64,000 nt of DNA from Myxococcota bacterium (GCA_041288095.1 JBGGMJ010000136.1:5706-69705), one strand, 5' to 3'. Positions 29,115-40,282 are shown, numbered from the stretch's first letter. A program made the numbers and translations. The notes: generated by a model from the sequence alone, not told the origin.

Positions 29115-30023
29115 ATGCGTAACCAACACTACGCGCTGATCATCCTCGACTCGAACGGTCGCACCGTCGGCCGTCGTCGCATCGCGCGTTCCACGCTAAA
29201 GCGGACAGCCATCGCCGCCGGCGTCTTCGTCTTCCTTTGCATGGCGGCGGCGGTACACGCGCTCATCGCGCGGCCGCAGGCCCGCGCCTCGCATGCCCTG
29301 TCCCTCGAGAACGCCGACTTGCGCGAGCTCACCCGCAGGCTCGACGACCAGATCCCCGAGCTGCGTCGCATCGCGCTCGGCGCCGGAGTCGAGTTCGATC
29401 AAGTCTGGGCGAAGAGCGGCCTCGGCGTGCAAGCTCGCGGGCTCGCCGTCGGTCCGGTCGGGTCCTCCGCGAAAACGGACGCGTCACCGGAGGTCAAGAG
29501 CGTCATCTCGACCATGGAGCCCATCGAGCTGCCGCTCGAATACGAGCGCATCCTCGGAGACGGCCGCAAAGCCCGCGCCGAGCTCGGCGAGCTGCTCGAG
29601 TACTTCCACGATGCCGAGCGCATGCTCTCGAACACGCCGTCGCTGCGCCCTGCCCGCTCTCCTTGGATCACCAGCGGCTTCGGCCGGCGCAACGACCCCG
29701 TCCATGGTGGCCTCGCGGTGCACAAAGGCATCGACATCGGCGGCCAAAACGGCACCGAGGTGTTCGCTCCAGCGGACGGCACCATCATCTTCGTGGGCAG
29801 GCGTGGCGGTTACGGCAACGTCATCGTCGTCGACCACGGCTACGGTTTGCAGACGCACTACGCCCACTTGAGCAAGTTCCGCTGCCACGTGGGCGATGCC
29901 GTGAAGCGCGGCGATACCCTCGCCGACATGGGCAGCACCGGTAAGTCGACGGGACCGCACTTGCACTACGAGGTGCGACGTTTTGGTCGCCCGCTGGACC
30001 CGTCCCGCTTTATCCTGGATTGA
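29115..30023 (+). CDS. Membrane-anchored coiled-coil M23 peptidase
   Basis: TM segment, coiled coil, HKGID, YAHL, TGPHLHYEV. Confidence 0.9.
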   Translation: MRNQHYALIILDSNGRTVGRRRIARSTLKRTAIAAGVFVFLCMAAAVHALIARPQARASHALSLENADLRELTRRLDDQIPELRRIALGAGVEFDQVWAKSGLGVQARGLAVGPVGSSAKTDASPEVKSVISTMEPIELPLEYERILGDGRKARAELGELLEYFHDAERMLSNTPSLRPARSPWITSGFGRRNDPVHGGLAVHKGIDIGGQNGTEVFAPADGTIIFVGRRGGYGNVIVVDHGYGLQTHYAHLSKFRCHVGDAVKRGDTLADMGSTGKSTGPHLHYEVRRFGRPLDPSRFILD

Positions 30024-30033
30024 TCGCCGCGCA

Positions 30034-31344
30034 GTGAGCACCGCACCCCAGCTCAAGCGTGTCTTGGGGCCCGTTCATCTCTGGGCCATCGCCGTCGGCC
30101 TGGTGATCAGCGGCGACTACTTCGGTTGGAACTATGGGCTCGCCAAGGGTGGGCCGCTCGGCATGATGGCGGCGACGCTCATCATCACCGTCCTCTACGT
30201 GTGTTTCATCTTCAGCTACACCGAGCTGTCGACCGCGATCCCGCACAGCGGCGGGCCCTACGCCTTCGCGCGCCGCGCCTTTGGACCGTTCGTTGGCTAC
30301 ATCGCCGGCATCGCCACGCTCATCGAGCTGGTGTTCGCCCCCCCGGCCATCGCCCGGGCAATCGGCGCCTATGTCCACTTTCGCGTCCCCGAGCTGCCGG
30401 TCAACGCCGTGGCCATCGGCGCCTTCGCGCTCTTCTGCGGTATCAACGCCGTGGGCGTCGGCATCGCCGCGACCTTCGAGCTGGTGATCACCGCGGTGGC
30501 GGCGTTCGAGCTCTTTCTCTTCTTCACGCTCACCGGGCCCAGTGTCGACGTGTCGCGCATCATCGACGCGGGTCTGCCGTTCGGCGCCCGCGGCATCTTC
30601 GACGCCATCCCGTTCGCCATCTGGTTCTATCTGGCCATCGAGGGTGTCGCCATGAGCGCCGAGGAAGTGAAGCGCCCCGAGCGCGACATCCCCATCGGCT
30701 ACGTCGCCGGCATTCTCACCCTCGTTACCCTCGCGCTGGGCACCCTCGTGTGCACGACCGGCGTCCTCCCTTGGGAGGCGCTCACCCAGGACGACTCGCC
30801 ACTCCCGAAGGCGCTCGCGGCCGTGCTCAGTCCAAGCCACCCGATGACCCATCTCATGGTCTATCTCGGCCTCTTCGGACTGATCGCTTCGCTGCACGGC
30901 ATCATCATGGGTTACTCGCGCCAGGTCTTTGCCCTCGCCCGCGACGATTTGCTGCCAAGCTTTCTCGCGCGCGTGCATCCGCGCTTCGGCACGCCGGTGT
31001 TCGCCATCGTCGTGCCGGGAGCCATTGGCTGCGCCGCCGTCCTCACGGAGCGCACCGACGCCATCATCACGCTGAGCGTCTTGGGCGCGGTGACCCTCTA
31101 CATGGTCAGCATGCTCTCGCTCTTCAAGCTCCGGACGCGTGAGCCGAGCCTCGCACGGCCGTTCCGGGCCCCGCTCTATCCGGTGACGCCGGCGATAGCG
31201 CTATGCCTCTCCGCTATCGCGTTCATCGCGGTGGTAGCGAGCGACGTCACGGTGGCGCTGATCTATCTCGCGCTGCTGGTGGTCGCCGCGCTCGCCTACT
31301 ACGGTTCTTCGTCCACCAAGCGAATGAGCTCGCGCAGCCCCTGA
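30034..31344 (+). CDS. eat: APC-family permease, ethanolamine permease-like
   Basis: HLWAIAVGLVISGDYFGWNYG, IPFAIWFYLAIEG, GLIASLHGII; about 12 hydrophobic segments. Confidence 0.8.
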   Translation: MSTAPQLKRVLGPVHLWAIAVGLVISGDYFGWNYGLAKGGPLGMMAATLIITVLYVCFIFSYTELSTAIPHSGGPYAFARRAFGPFVGYIAGIATLIELVFAPPAIARAIGAYVHFRVPELPVNAVAIGAFALFCGINAVGVGIAATFELVITAVAAFELFLFFTLTGPSVDVSRIIDAGLPFGARGIFDAIPFAIWFYLAIEGVAMSAEEVKRPERDIPIGYVAGILTLVTLALGTLVCTTGVLPWEALTQDDSPLPKALAAVLSPSHPMTHLMVYLGLFGLIASLHGIIMGYSRQVFALARDDLLPSFLARVHPRFGTPVFAIVVPGAIGCAAVLTERTDAIITLSVLGAVTLYMVSMLSLFKLRTREPSLARPFRAPLYPVTPAIALCLSAIAFIAVVASDVTVALIYLALLVVAALAYYGSSSTKRMSSRSP

Positions 31345-31871
31345 CGGACGCGCTCGATCTTGTCGTGCGACGCGCCCGCGAAGCGGAGCGGCAGACCAGT
31401 GTCGGCCGCGATGCTGGGCATGTCTTTGCGCCGCTGCTGGAAGATGGGTGCGTCGAGACGCACGTCATCGCCGCTCGGATCCGGGTTGGTCACGATGGTC
31501 GCGCGCGGGCTGCTCTCGGGCAGTGGCACCGCTTCCATGTCGCCCGGCTCGGGCGGGGGCAGCGCGCCGCCCTTTTCACCAGCCATGATGCGCTTGCGCG
31601 CCCCGGCCAAGGTGTAGCGCTCTTCGTGAAGGAGCCGGCGGATCTCACGAAAGATCTCGACGTCGCGATAGCGATAGCGCCGTTGATTCGAGGCCGACTT
31701 CCCAGGCCGAATCGACGGCACCTCTTTTTCCCAGTAGCGCAAGACGTGGGCGCGCACTCCGACGAGCTGCGACACCTCACCGATTTTGAAATACAGCTTC
31801 TCCGGGATCGGCGATTCAGGGCCGAGCTTGCGACTTTTGGGTCGCCCGCCGAGTGGCAGCTCGCCCTGCAA
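31299..31871 (-). CDS. MerR-family HTH regulator
   Basis: IPEKLYFKIGEVS..HVLRYWE..NQRRY; conserved position after ihfA. Confidence 0.88.
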   Translation of the reverse strand: MQGELPLGGRPKSRKLGPESPIPEKLYFKIGEVSQLVGVRAHVLRYWEKEVPSIRPGKSASNQRRYRYRDVEIFREIRRLLHEERYTLAGARKRIMAGEKGGALPPPEPGDMEAVPLPESSPRATIVTNPDPSGDDVRLDAPIFQQRRKDMPSIAADTGLPLRFAGASHDKIERVRQGLRELIRLVDEEP

Positions 31872-31873
31872 GG

Positions 31874-32212
31874 CTACGCCTCGTCTTCTTCGTCGTCGTC
31901 ATCGTCGTCGTCACCATCGGTAACGGCGCCGGCGACTCCGTCGTTGAGCGCGAGCTTCAAGACCTGCGAGGGTTTGAAGGCGAGAACGCGGCGCGCCGAG
32001 ATCTCGATCACGTCTCCGGTCTGCGGGTTGCGACCAACGCGCGAGCGCTTGTCACGCACCTCGAAGTTTCCGAAGCCGCTGATCTTGATCTTGGATCCAG
32101 ACTCCAGCGTCTCTTTCATGGTGTCGAAGACCATCTCGACGATGTCCGCCGACTCTTTCTTCGAGAAACCAACCTTGGTGTGTACGGCTTCGACAAGATC
32201 TGCCTTCGTCAT
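31874..32212 (-). CDS. ihfA: Integration host factor subunit alpha
   Basis: MTKADLVE, KISGFGNF, GRNPQTG, RRVLAFKPSQ; follows pheT; acidic C-terminal tail. Confidence 0.93.
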   Translation of the reverse strand: MTKADLVEAVHTKVGFSKKESADIVEMVFDTMKETLESGSKIKISGFGNFEVRDKRSRVGRNPQTGDVIEISARRVLAFKPSQVLKLALNDGVAGAVTDGDDDDDDDEEDEA

Positions 32213-32247
32213 GGGCACCTCGTCTCCAGGGGCTACCGTAAGCGCCC

Positions 32248-32277
32248 ATTATAGCGCTCAGGCGTTGATTGCAGCAA
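32248..32277 (-). promoter_or_regulatory. Putative sigma70 promoter of ihfA with IHF-like box in the spacer
   Basis: TTGCTG-N18-TATAAT; spacer contains AATCAACGCCTGA (one mismatch to WATCAANNNNTTR). Confidence 0.5.
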
Positions 32278-32328
32278 GGACGGCTTTTGCGTGCGATCGT
32301 CGCCACGCAAAATGTGACCGCCGAAGCG

Positions 32329-34806
32329 CTAGCTACGAATCTCGACCTGGAAGGCTTGTTTGACGCTAGCCTGTAGGGCCTCGAACGCCGCGTTAACCTC
32401 GACATCCGTGAGTGTGCGCTCACGGCTCCGATAGTCAATGGCGAAAGCTAAGCTGATGTGGGTGTCGGCGATCGGCTTGCCGGTATAGACGTCGAACAGC
32501 GAGACCCGCTCGACCACGTCCCGCCCCATGGGACCGCCGGCATTGGCGGCAATGAAGACGCGCAGGGTCTCGGCCGGCAAGGTGCGATCGGCGACGACCG
32601 CGAGGTCCCGGCGGGTGCTGGGGAACTTGGGGAGCTCGCGGTACGCCACCGCCCGCTTGGCGACGCTACCCAGGGCTTCGAGTGACAGCTCGGCCGCGAC
32701 CACGGTCCCCGAAAGACCGAAGTGCGCCAAGGTGTCGGGATGGACGATGCCGGCCACACCCACACGGCGGTCTCCGACCATGAGCTCGGCCCCGGCGTGT
32801 GGATGGTAGCCGGGGATGCTCGCCGGACGGCGAACCACCCCATCGCGGGGGTCGAATGCCTCGAAGAGGTCGTCGAGAACGCCGGCGAGGTCGCTGAAAT
32901 CGATGTTCTCGCCGCGCTCGTGCCAACGCCCGTCGTAGCGGCCACCGACCATGAGGATGCCGACCTCGGCGCGCTCGTCGACGAGCTCGGCCTCGCGACT
33001 CTCGGCCTCGGCTGCCCGCGCTGGATCGATCGTGGTCACCTTGCGTCCGCTTCCGCGGTCGCTCTTGCGGAACGTGGTGCCGATCTCGAAGAGCTTCAGG
33101 CTCTTCACGCCCTGACGGATGTTGGTGGTGGCGACGTCGAAGAGGCCGGGTAAGAGCGTCGTTCGCAGCGCGCTCAGCTCCTCGCCGAGCGGATTGATGA
33201 GTCGAACCGGATCACCACAGCGCTCGGCGAAGGGCGCGAATCGCGAAGGGCCGCCGAAGCCGTAGGTGACGATCTCCGTGAGCCCGATGGGCAACAGGGC
33301 TCGGCGGGCAATCTCCGTGGGCGCCACCGCGAGGGGCTCGAACTTGAAGGGTCCGCCGGCGTCCGGGAGGTGCTCGGGGATGTTGTCGTAGCCGTGGCGC
33401 CGCGCAATCTCTTCGATGAGGTCGACCTCGATGCTGAGATCGGGCCTGAAGGTCGGGGGCTGGATACGCAGCACACCCTCGGTGCGCGCAATGCATCTGA
33501 TCTCGAGGGGCTCGAGTAGCTTTACGACCTCTTCGGCCTCGAGATCGAACCCGAGGATACGCCCCACCCGCCCCATGCGCAGGGTGATCTCGCGCGCCGG
33601 CTCGTTCTTGGCGGCGACCTCGACGAGACCCTTGCCGACGTCGGCCGCGCCCATCTCCGCCAGGAGCTGCGCGCAGCGATCGACGGCTCGCGCCGTGACC
33701 CCCGCGTCGGCGCCACGCTCGAACCGCCGCGCGGCCTCGGTCTTCAAGTCGAAGCGCTTCGAGGTGCGGCGGACGCTCACCGGCTCGAACCAGGCGCCCT
33801 CGAGCACCACGGTCGTGGTCGTCTCGCGAACTTCGGTCGCGGCCCCGCCCATCACGCCGGCGATGCCGATGGCCTTCTGGGCGTCGGCGATGATGAGGTC
33901 GTCTTCGCCGAGCTCACGCTCGACGCCGTCGAGGGTCGTGAGCTTCTCGCCCTGCTGGGCGTGGCGGACGTGGATGGTAGGCAGGCCCGACTCGGCCGCC
34001 AATGTGGACAGGTCGTAGGCGTGCAGCGGCTGACCCAACTCCATCAGCACGTAGTTGGTGGCGTCGACGACGTTGTTGATCGAGCGCTGTCCGATCGCCT
34101 CGAGCCGCTCACGCATCCAGTCCGGTGACGGGCCGACCTTCACGTTGGTCAGGGCGCGGGCGACGAAGCGCTTGCAAGCCTTGTGATCGTCGACGACGAC
34201 GCGCACGAGCGTCGAGGTCGCGACGCCTTTTTCGGTCGGACGCTTGGTGTCGATCTTCATGCGCTTGCCGGTGAAGGCGGCGACTTCACGCGCGACACCG
34301 TAGTGCGACAGCAAGTCCGGCCGGTTCGCGGTGACCGCGAGCTCGATGGTCGCGCCGCTCGCGACCTGCGAGAACAACGGCTTGCCGAGCTCCGCGCTGT
34401 CCGGGAGCACCCAGATGCCGTCGCTCTTTTCTTCGAGGCCGAGCTCCGACTTGCCGCAGAGCATGCCCTCGCTCTCGACACCACGGATGGCGCGCTTTCC
34501 GATCTCGAGGCCGGGGAGCTTGGCGCCGATTTGCGCGAAGGCGACATGTTGGCCGACCGCGACGTTGGGCGCGCCGCACACGACGGTGTAGCTCTTGGTG
34601 CCGTCGGTGACGGTGGTCACGCGGATCTTGTCGGCCTTGGGGTGGGGTTCCACGGCTTCGACCTTGCCGATGACGACGCCGCTGACGCCGCTCGCGGGAT
34701 CGTTGACCGCTTCGACTTCGATGCCGGCGGAGGTGAGCCCCGTGACCAGGTCCGCTACCGCGGGCACGTCGACGAAATCGGACAGCCAGTCGAGCGAGAT
34801 ACGCAC
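32329..34806 (-). CDS. pheT: Phenylalanine-tRNA ligase beta subunit
   Basis: HPKADK, VCGAPNV, TANRPD, RFERG, DLIEEIARRHGY, RTTLLPGL. Confidence 0.97.
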   Translation of the reverse strand: MRISLDWLSDFVDVPAVADLVTGLTSAGIEVEAVNDPASGVSGVVIGKVEAVEPHPKADKIRVTTVTDGTKSYTVVCGAPNVAVGQHVAFAQIGAKLPGLEIGKRAIRGVESEGMLCGKSELGLEEKSDGIWVLPDSAELGKPLFSQVASGATIELAVTANRPDLLSHYGVAREVAAFTGKRMKIDTKRPTEKGVATSTLVRVVVDDHKACKRFVARALTNVKVGPSPDWMRERLEAIGQRSINNVVDATNYVLMELGQPLHAYDLSTLAAESGLPTIHVRHAQQGEKLTTLDGVERELGEDDLIIADAQKAIGIAGVMGGAATEVRETTTTVVLEGAWFEPVSVRRTSKRFDLKTEAARRFERGADAGVTARAVDRCAQLLAEMGAADVGKGLVEVAAKNEPAREITLRMGRVGRILGFDLEAEEVVKLLEPLEIRCIARTEGVLRIQPPTFRPDLSIEVDLIEEIARRHGYDNIPEHLPDAGGPFKFEPLAVAPTEIARRALLPIGLTEIVTYGFGGPSRFAPFAERCGDPVRLINPLGEELSALRTTLLPGLFDVATTNIRQGVKSLKLFEIGTTFRKSDRGSGRKVTTIDPARAAEAESREAELVDERAEVGILMVGGRYDGRWHERGENIDFSDLAGVLDDLFEAFDPRDGVVRRPASIPGYHPHAGAELMVGDRRVGVAGIVHPDTLAHFGLSGTVVAAELSLEALGSVAKRAVAYRELPKFPSTRRDLAVVADRTLPAETLRVFIAANAGGPMGRDVVERVSLFDVYTGKPIADTHISLAFAIDYRSRERTLTDVEVNAAFEALQASVKQAFQVEIRS

Positions 34807-34811
34807 CTGCT

Positions 34812-35825
34812 TCAGCTCCCCGCGCGCGACACGAACTGGTTCGCGAAGCGCAGATCGTTTTCGTACAGCAAGCGGATGTCGTCGATGCCGTACTTGAGCA
34901 TGGCGAGGCGCTCGATGCCGGTGCCAAACGCGAAGCCCTGCACCTTCTCGGGATCGTAGCCCACGTACTCGAGCACCGAAGGATGCACCATGCCGGCGCC
35001 CAGGACCTCGAGCCAGCCCATGCCCTTCTTGAGCATCGGCGAGCGCACGTCCACTTCGACGGACGGCTCGGTGAACGGGAAGAAGCTCGGCCGCAGGCGG
35101 ATCTGCGCCTCGGCACCGAACAGGGCGACGGCGAGCGTCTTGAGCACGCCCTTCAAGTCCGCGAAGGTGGCCCGCTCGTCGATCCAGAGGCCTTCGATCT
35201 GATGGAAGACGGGAGAGTGCGTGGCGTCGAGGTTGTCCTTGCGGAAGACCATGCCCGGCGCGAGGACGCGCACCGGCGGCTCACGCGTCAGCATCGTGCG
35301 GATCTGCGTATTCGAGGTGTGCGTGCGCAGCACCGTGTTCTTGCCGACGAAGAAGGTGTCGTGCATGTCGCGGGCAGGATGGTCCTGCGGCATGTTGAGC
35401 GCTTCGAAGTTGTACCAGTCGTGCTCGACCAGCGGCCCGGTGGCAACCGTGAAGCCGAGCGGCGTCAACGCGCGCACGACCTCGTCCTCGATGAGCCGCA
35501 GCGCGTGCGGCGCCCCGGGAAACATGCGCCGGCCCGGCAACGTAACGTCATAGCGGCCGCTCGCTAAAACGGAGTCACGCTCGGCGGCGCCGATGCGTGT
35601 CGAGGCCTCGTCGAGCGCTTCCTCGATGCGGGTCTTGACCTCGTTGATTTTGGCGCCGAGCTTCGGGCGCTCCTCGGGAGTGACATCGCCGAGCGACCGC
35701 ATGGCGGTGCCGAGCGCACCCTTCTTGCCGAGGATTTCGGCGCGAAGCAGTGCGACGTCCTGCGACGTGCGCGCCTTCTTGGCGCGCGTCAACGCAGTCT
35801 TTTCTATGCGCTTGAGCTCTTCCAT
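34812..35825 (-). CDS. pheS: Phenylalanine-tRNA ligase alpha subunit
   Basis: HPARDMHDTF, LRTHTS, FHQIEG, FPFTEPS, GFAFG.GIERLAML. Confidence 0.98.
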   Translation of the reverse strand: MEELKRIEKTALTRAKKARTSQDVALLRAEILGKKGALGTAMRSLGDVTPEERPKLGAKINEVKTRIEEALDEASTRIGAAERDSVLASGRYDVTLPGRRMFPGAPHALRLIEDEVVRALTPLGFTVATGPLVEHDWYNFEALNMPQDHPARDMHDTFFVGKNTVLRTHTSNTQIRTMLTREPPVRVLAPGMVFRKDNLDATHSPVFHQIEGLWIDERATFADLKGVLKTLAVALFGAEAQIRLRPSFFPFTEPSVEVDVRSPMLKKGMGWLEVLGAGMVHPSVLEYVGYDPEKVQGFAFGTGIERLAMLKYGIDDIRLLYENDLRFANQFVSRAGS

Positions 35826-35850
35826 GTGGCCCGTGAGAGGCTACAGGAGC

Positions 35851-36207
35851 TTAAGCGAGCGCGGCCTTGGCCTTCTTGGCAACGGCTTCAAAACCCTTCG
35901 GGTCGTGAACCGCGAGGTCCGCGAGCACGCGGCGATCGAGCTGGATGCCGGCCTTGGCGAGGCCGTTGATCAAGCGGCTGTAGCTCATCTCGAGAGGACG
36001 CACGGCCGCGTTGATGCGGGTGATCCACAGACGGCGGTACTGTCGCTTCTTCTCTTTGCGGCCCGAGAAGGCGTAGGCCAACGCGCGATCGACGGTCTCC
36101 TTGGCGACAGCGAACAGCTTACGGCGAGCGCCGTAGTAGCCCTTCGCGCGCTTGAGGACGCGCTTGCGACGTTGACGAGTTTTGAAGCCACCTTTAGTGC
36201 GAGCCAT
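35851..36207 (-). CDS. rplT: 50S ribosomal protein L20
   Basis: [28 protein letters not shown]. Confidence 0.98.
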   Translation of the reverse strand: MARTKGGFKTRQRRKRVLKRAKGYYGARRKLFAVAKETVDRALAYAFSGRKEKKRQYRRLWITRINAAVRPLEMSYSRLINGLAKAGIQLDRRVLADLAVHDPKGFEAVAKKAKAALA

Positions 36208-36247
36208 GTTCTTCTACCTACTTGAATCGAATTTTAAGACGGTCAGG

Positions 36248-36454
36248 CTAGTTGCCGTACGGGAGAAGCGACTTCGCCATCGCTTCGTCAGTCGGGCCGA
36301 GGAGGATGGTGCCGCCCAACTGGCGCTTGCGCTTGCGGCCCTTGTTGGCGAGGAGGTGGCGCTTACCGCGGCGGCCGACCTTGACTTTGCCACCACCGGT
36401 GATGCGGTAGCGCTTTGCAGCGGCGCGCTTGGTCTTCAACTTGTTCTTCGGCAT
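36248..36454 (-). CDS. rpmI: 50S ribosomal protein L35
   Basis: MPKNKLKTKRAAAKRY...KRHLL...LLPY; ATG at 36454. Confidence 0.96.
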   Translation of the reverse strand: MPKNKLKTKRAAAKRYRITGGGKVKVGRRGKRHLLANKGRKRKRQLGGTILLGPTDEAMAKSLLPYGN

Positions 36455-36620
36455 TGCTGTATTCCTAAAGACGAGCGCGCGGGCATAGCACAAGGAGCCC
36501 GGGGGACGCTGCAAAAATCGACGCGCTGTCTACGTAAATCGCTCGGGAGCGTCAAGCCCTGACGGACGATCATCGCGTCCCAGGCGTTCCTCGGGGCCAA
36601 AAGGCGAGCATTCGCATACG

Positions 36621-37625
36621 ATGGCGAGCGTGGGCGTAACGGGGACCAAGGGTATCGTAGCCGGCTCCGGGCAGGTCTTGACCGTCCCGGGGGCGGACGA
36701 CTTGGCTCCGATCGTCGTCGCCGCCAGCGACGGCACCCCAAGATTGCCCACCGGGGCGGCGACCCGGCTGGTTCAGAGCGGCGAGCCCCAGCGCCTCGAG
36801 CTGCCGCCGCCCTTGGCCGACGGCCCGATGCCTCGAAGTGTCCCGTATACGGCTCCGCACGACCTCAGAGCACGCATCGCGCAGGCGCTGGGGGTCCTCG
36901 AAGGCCGACCGACACAGTGGGCGCGTGACCCCCACGTCGTCGCCGCCCTCACCTACTCCGATCGCTTCATCGGACCCGCCGGCCGCGTTGCAGGCTCACC
37001 GCTCGATCGTGATGCCGAGCGCGGGGACATCGACAAGATCACCATCCGGGCCGTGGTGCAGGCCATGGGGACGCGGCGTGGCGAGCTCCGCGTCGCCTTC
37101 TTCGAGGCCATGCGTGCCGCCTACAATGCCCAGGCGCGCGACATGCCGGCCGCGGCCGTGCTGCCCCTGCGCACCTTCGACTACGGGCAGGGCTTCGCGC
37201 ATCCCGATGCCATCGACCTCTATGTCCATCGCGAGGGAGACACCGCGAACCCGATCGTCAGCACATCGGGCGGCATCGTCATCATGGCCGAGGACGGCTG
37301 GTCGACCGACAACCGCTTCGCCACCTCGTCGCTGCGCGGGGGCAACACGGTCACGGTCTACGATCCGGTGCGCAACGAGGTGCACCGATACGCGCATCTG
37401 CAACAAGTCGACGCGCGGCCGCTGCAGGTGGTCCGCCCCGGCGAACGACTCGGTCTGGTCGGCAGCACCGGCAGCGACTCGGCTCGAGGCGGCGGCGCCT
37501 CGGAACGCGGACACGGCCGCCACCTGCACTACGAGATCCGCTACTTCCCGAACGGTCTCGCGGCGGAGTCGCGCAGCTACCTCACCGAGGAGCTGCGCAA
37601 ACGCTTGGGTCCGGAACCGCGCTGA
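36621..37625 (+). CDS. M23-family peptidase-like protein inserted antisense between infC and rpmI
   Basis: HPDAID, GGNTV, YAHL, GLVGSTG, HLHYE; no signal peptide. Confidence 0.8.
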   Translation: MASVGVTGTKGIVAGSGQVLTVPGADDLAPIVVAASDGTPRLPTGAATRLVQSGEPQRLELPPPLADGPMPRSVPYTAPHDLRARIAQALGVLEGRPTQWARDPHVVAALTYSDRFIGPAGRVAGSPLDRDAERGDIDKITIRAVVQAMGTRRGELRVAFFEAMRAAYNAQARDMPAAAVLPLRTFDYGQGFAHPDAIDLYVHREGDTANPIVSTSGGIVIMAEDGWSTDNRFATSSLRGGNTVTVYDPVRNEVHRYAHLQQVDARPLQVVRPGERLGLVGSTGSDSARGGGASERGHGRHLHYEIRYFPNGLAAESRSYLTEELRKRLGPEPR

Positions 37626-37638
37626 CGCGGGCGCGCGA

Positions 37639-38158
<520 letters not shown>

Positions 38159-38166
<8 letters not shown>

Positions 38167-40171
38167 GACTCGCTCCTACGAGGTTTTCTTTCCGAACGAA
38201 CTTTGCCCGATCTGGCTTGGGCACGGTCGCCGCGTCTAACACGAGCTGAATTGACTTGTCGAGCGGCATGACCCCGAGGTCGCCCTTCTTGCGCCAACGG
38301 ACGGACACCGATCGTGCCTCGCGCTCCTTGGCGCCGAGCACCATGACGACCGGTACCTTGTTGAGCTCGGCGTCGCGGATCTTGAAGCCGAGCTTCTCGC
38401 TGCGCTCGTCGAGGTGAACGCGGATGCTTTTCTCCTCGAGGGCCGCCTGGATCTCGCGGCCATAGCCCAGAAGCTCGTCGTTGATCGTGATCAGGCGAAC
38501 CTGGGTCGGCGCGAGCCACAGCGGCAAGTCGCCGGCCGTGTGCTCGAGCAGGATGCCGATGAAGCGCTCGAGCGAGCCCAAGATCGCGCGGTGAATGACG
38601 ACCGGGGTGCTCTCGCCGCTCTGCTCGTTGGTGTAGCTGAGCTGGAAGCGGCGCGGCAGGCCGTAGTCGAGCTGGATGGTGCCGAGCTGGAACCAGCGGC
38701 CCAGGGCGTCCTTCACTTGGAAGTCGAGCTTCGGACCGTAAAAGGCGCCATCACCGGCGTTTAGCTCGAACTCGAGCTTGTTGTCCGCCAAAGCGGTGCG
38801 CAGCATGCCCTCGGCGTTTTCCCAGGCCTTGTCCCACGACTTGCTCTCTTCGGCGGAGAGGCCCGGCTCACGGCCGAGCGACTTCTCCGGCCGCGTCGAG
38901 AGCTGCACTTTCATCTCGAGCCCGAAGACGGCGTACACGTCTTGCAGCATCGCGAGCTGCAGGCGGATCTCTTCGCCGATCTGATCTTCACGCACGAAGA
39001 GATGCGCGTCGTCCTGACAGAAGCTGCGCACGCGCGTGAGCCCGGCGGTCACACCGCTGCGCTCGTACCGATGCAAGCGCCCGAAGTCCGCCATGCGGAT
39101 CGGTAGGTCGCGATACGAGTGCTTGGTGTGCCCGAACATCAGCATGTGGCCCGGGCAATTCATGGGCTTCATGCCGAACTCGCGCTCGTCGATCTGCGCG
39201 AAGTACATGTTGTCTTTGTAGTTCGCGTAGTGACCGCTGGTCTTGAAGAGCTCCGAGTCGGTGAGCTGCGGCGTGATGACCTCGCCCATGTCGAGCGGGC
39301 CGTAGTAGGCACGAATGAAGTCGACGAGGCCGTTGTAGATGCGCGCGCCCTTGTCGGTGAAAAACGGCGTCGCGGGCGCGTATGGGTGGAAGAAGAAGAG
39401 ATCGAGCTCTTTGCCGAGCTTGCGGTGGTCGCGGCGCTTGGCCTCCTCTTGCAGCTCGACATGTTTGGCGAGCTCTTCCTCGGTCCAGAAGGCGGTGCCG
39501 TAGATGCGGGTGAGCATCGGGTTGCGCTCGTCACCGCGCCAGTACGCTCCAGCGACACTGGTGAGCTTGAACGCCTTGAGCCACGACGAGTCCGGTACGT
39601 GCGGGCCGCGGCAGACGTCGGGCCAATCGCCGAGCGTGTACACGGTGATGGTGTCATCCGCGGGAATGGCGTCGATGATCTCGAGCTTGAAGCGCTCGCC
39701 CATCTTGCTGAAGCGCTCTTTCACGGCATCGCGGGTTACCACCTCGCGCACCATGGGCACGTTCTGCTTGGCGATGCGGTGCATCTCCTCTTCGATCTTC
39801 GGCAGATCGTCGGGAGTGAACGGGCCCTGCTCGCGATAGAAGTCGTAGTAGAAGCCGTTCTCGATCGAAGGGCCTATGGTGACCTGGGTGCCGGGGAAGA
39901 GCTTCTGCACCGCCATCGCCATCAAGTGCGCGGTGGTGTGGCGCACGATTGGCAGACCGGCTTCGGTCTTCACGGTGACGATCTTGAGGGCCGCGTCCTT
40001 GGTCAGCGGCGTATGGACGTCGATGGCGGTGTCGCCACCATCGATGATGCCCGCGATAGCGGCCTTGCCGAGATTCTTGCCGATGGACTCGGCGACTTGC
40101 TTGATGGTGATGCCGCTGTCGTAAGTGCGGACGGAACCATCGGGGAGAGTGATGTTGACCTGTTGACTCAC
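38159..40171 (-). CDS. thrS: Threonine-tRNA ligase
   Basis: TGS domain, RDHRKLG, KPMNCPGH, GAFYGPKLD, IHRAILGSLERF. Confidence 0.98.
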
Positions 40172-40215
40172 GCCGATGCGTCTACGCTATGCGCGGCGTA
40201 TTGTGCAACGGGACG

Positions 40216-40249
40216 AAAAAAAACGCCCCTGGGGTGGGCCAGGGGCGTT
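40216..40249 (-). terminator. Rho-independent terminator downstream of the PEGA-domain gene
   Basis: Minus strand AACGCCCCTGG-loop-CCAGGGGCGTT running into a T8 tract. Confidence 0.85.
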
Positions 40250-40282
40250 CCGACTCAGGCGGAGAGTCTTTGTTGGCTCGAG

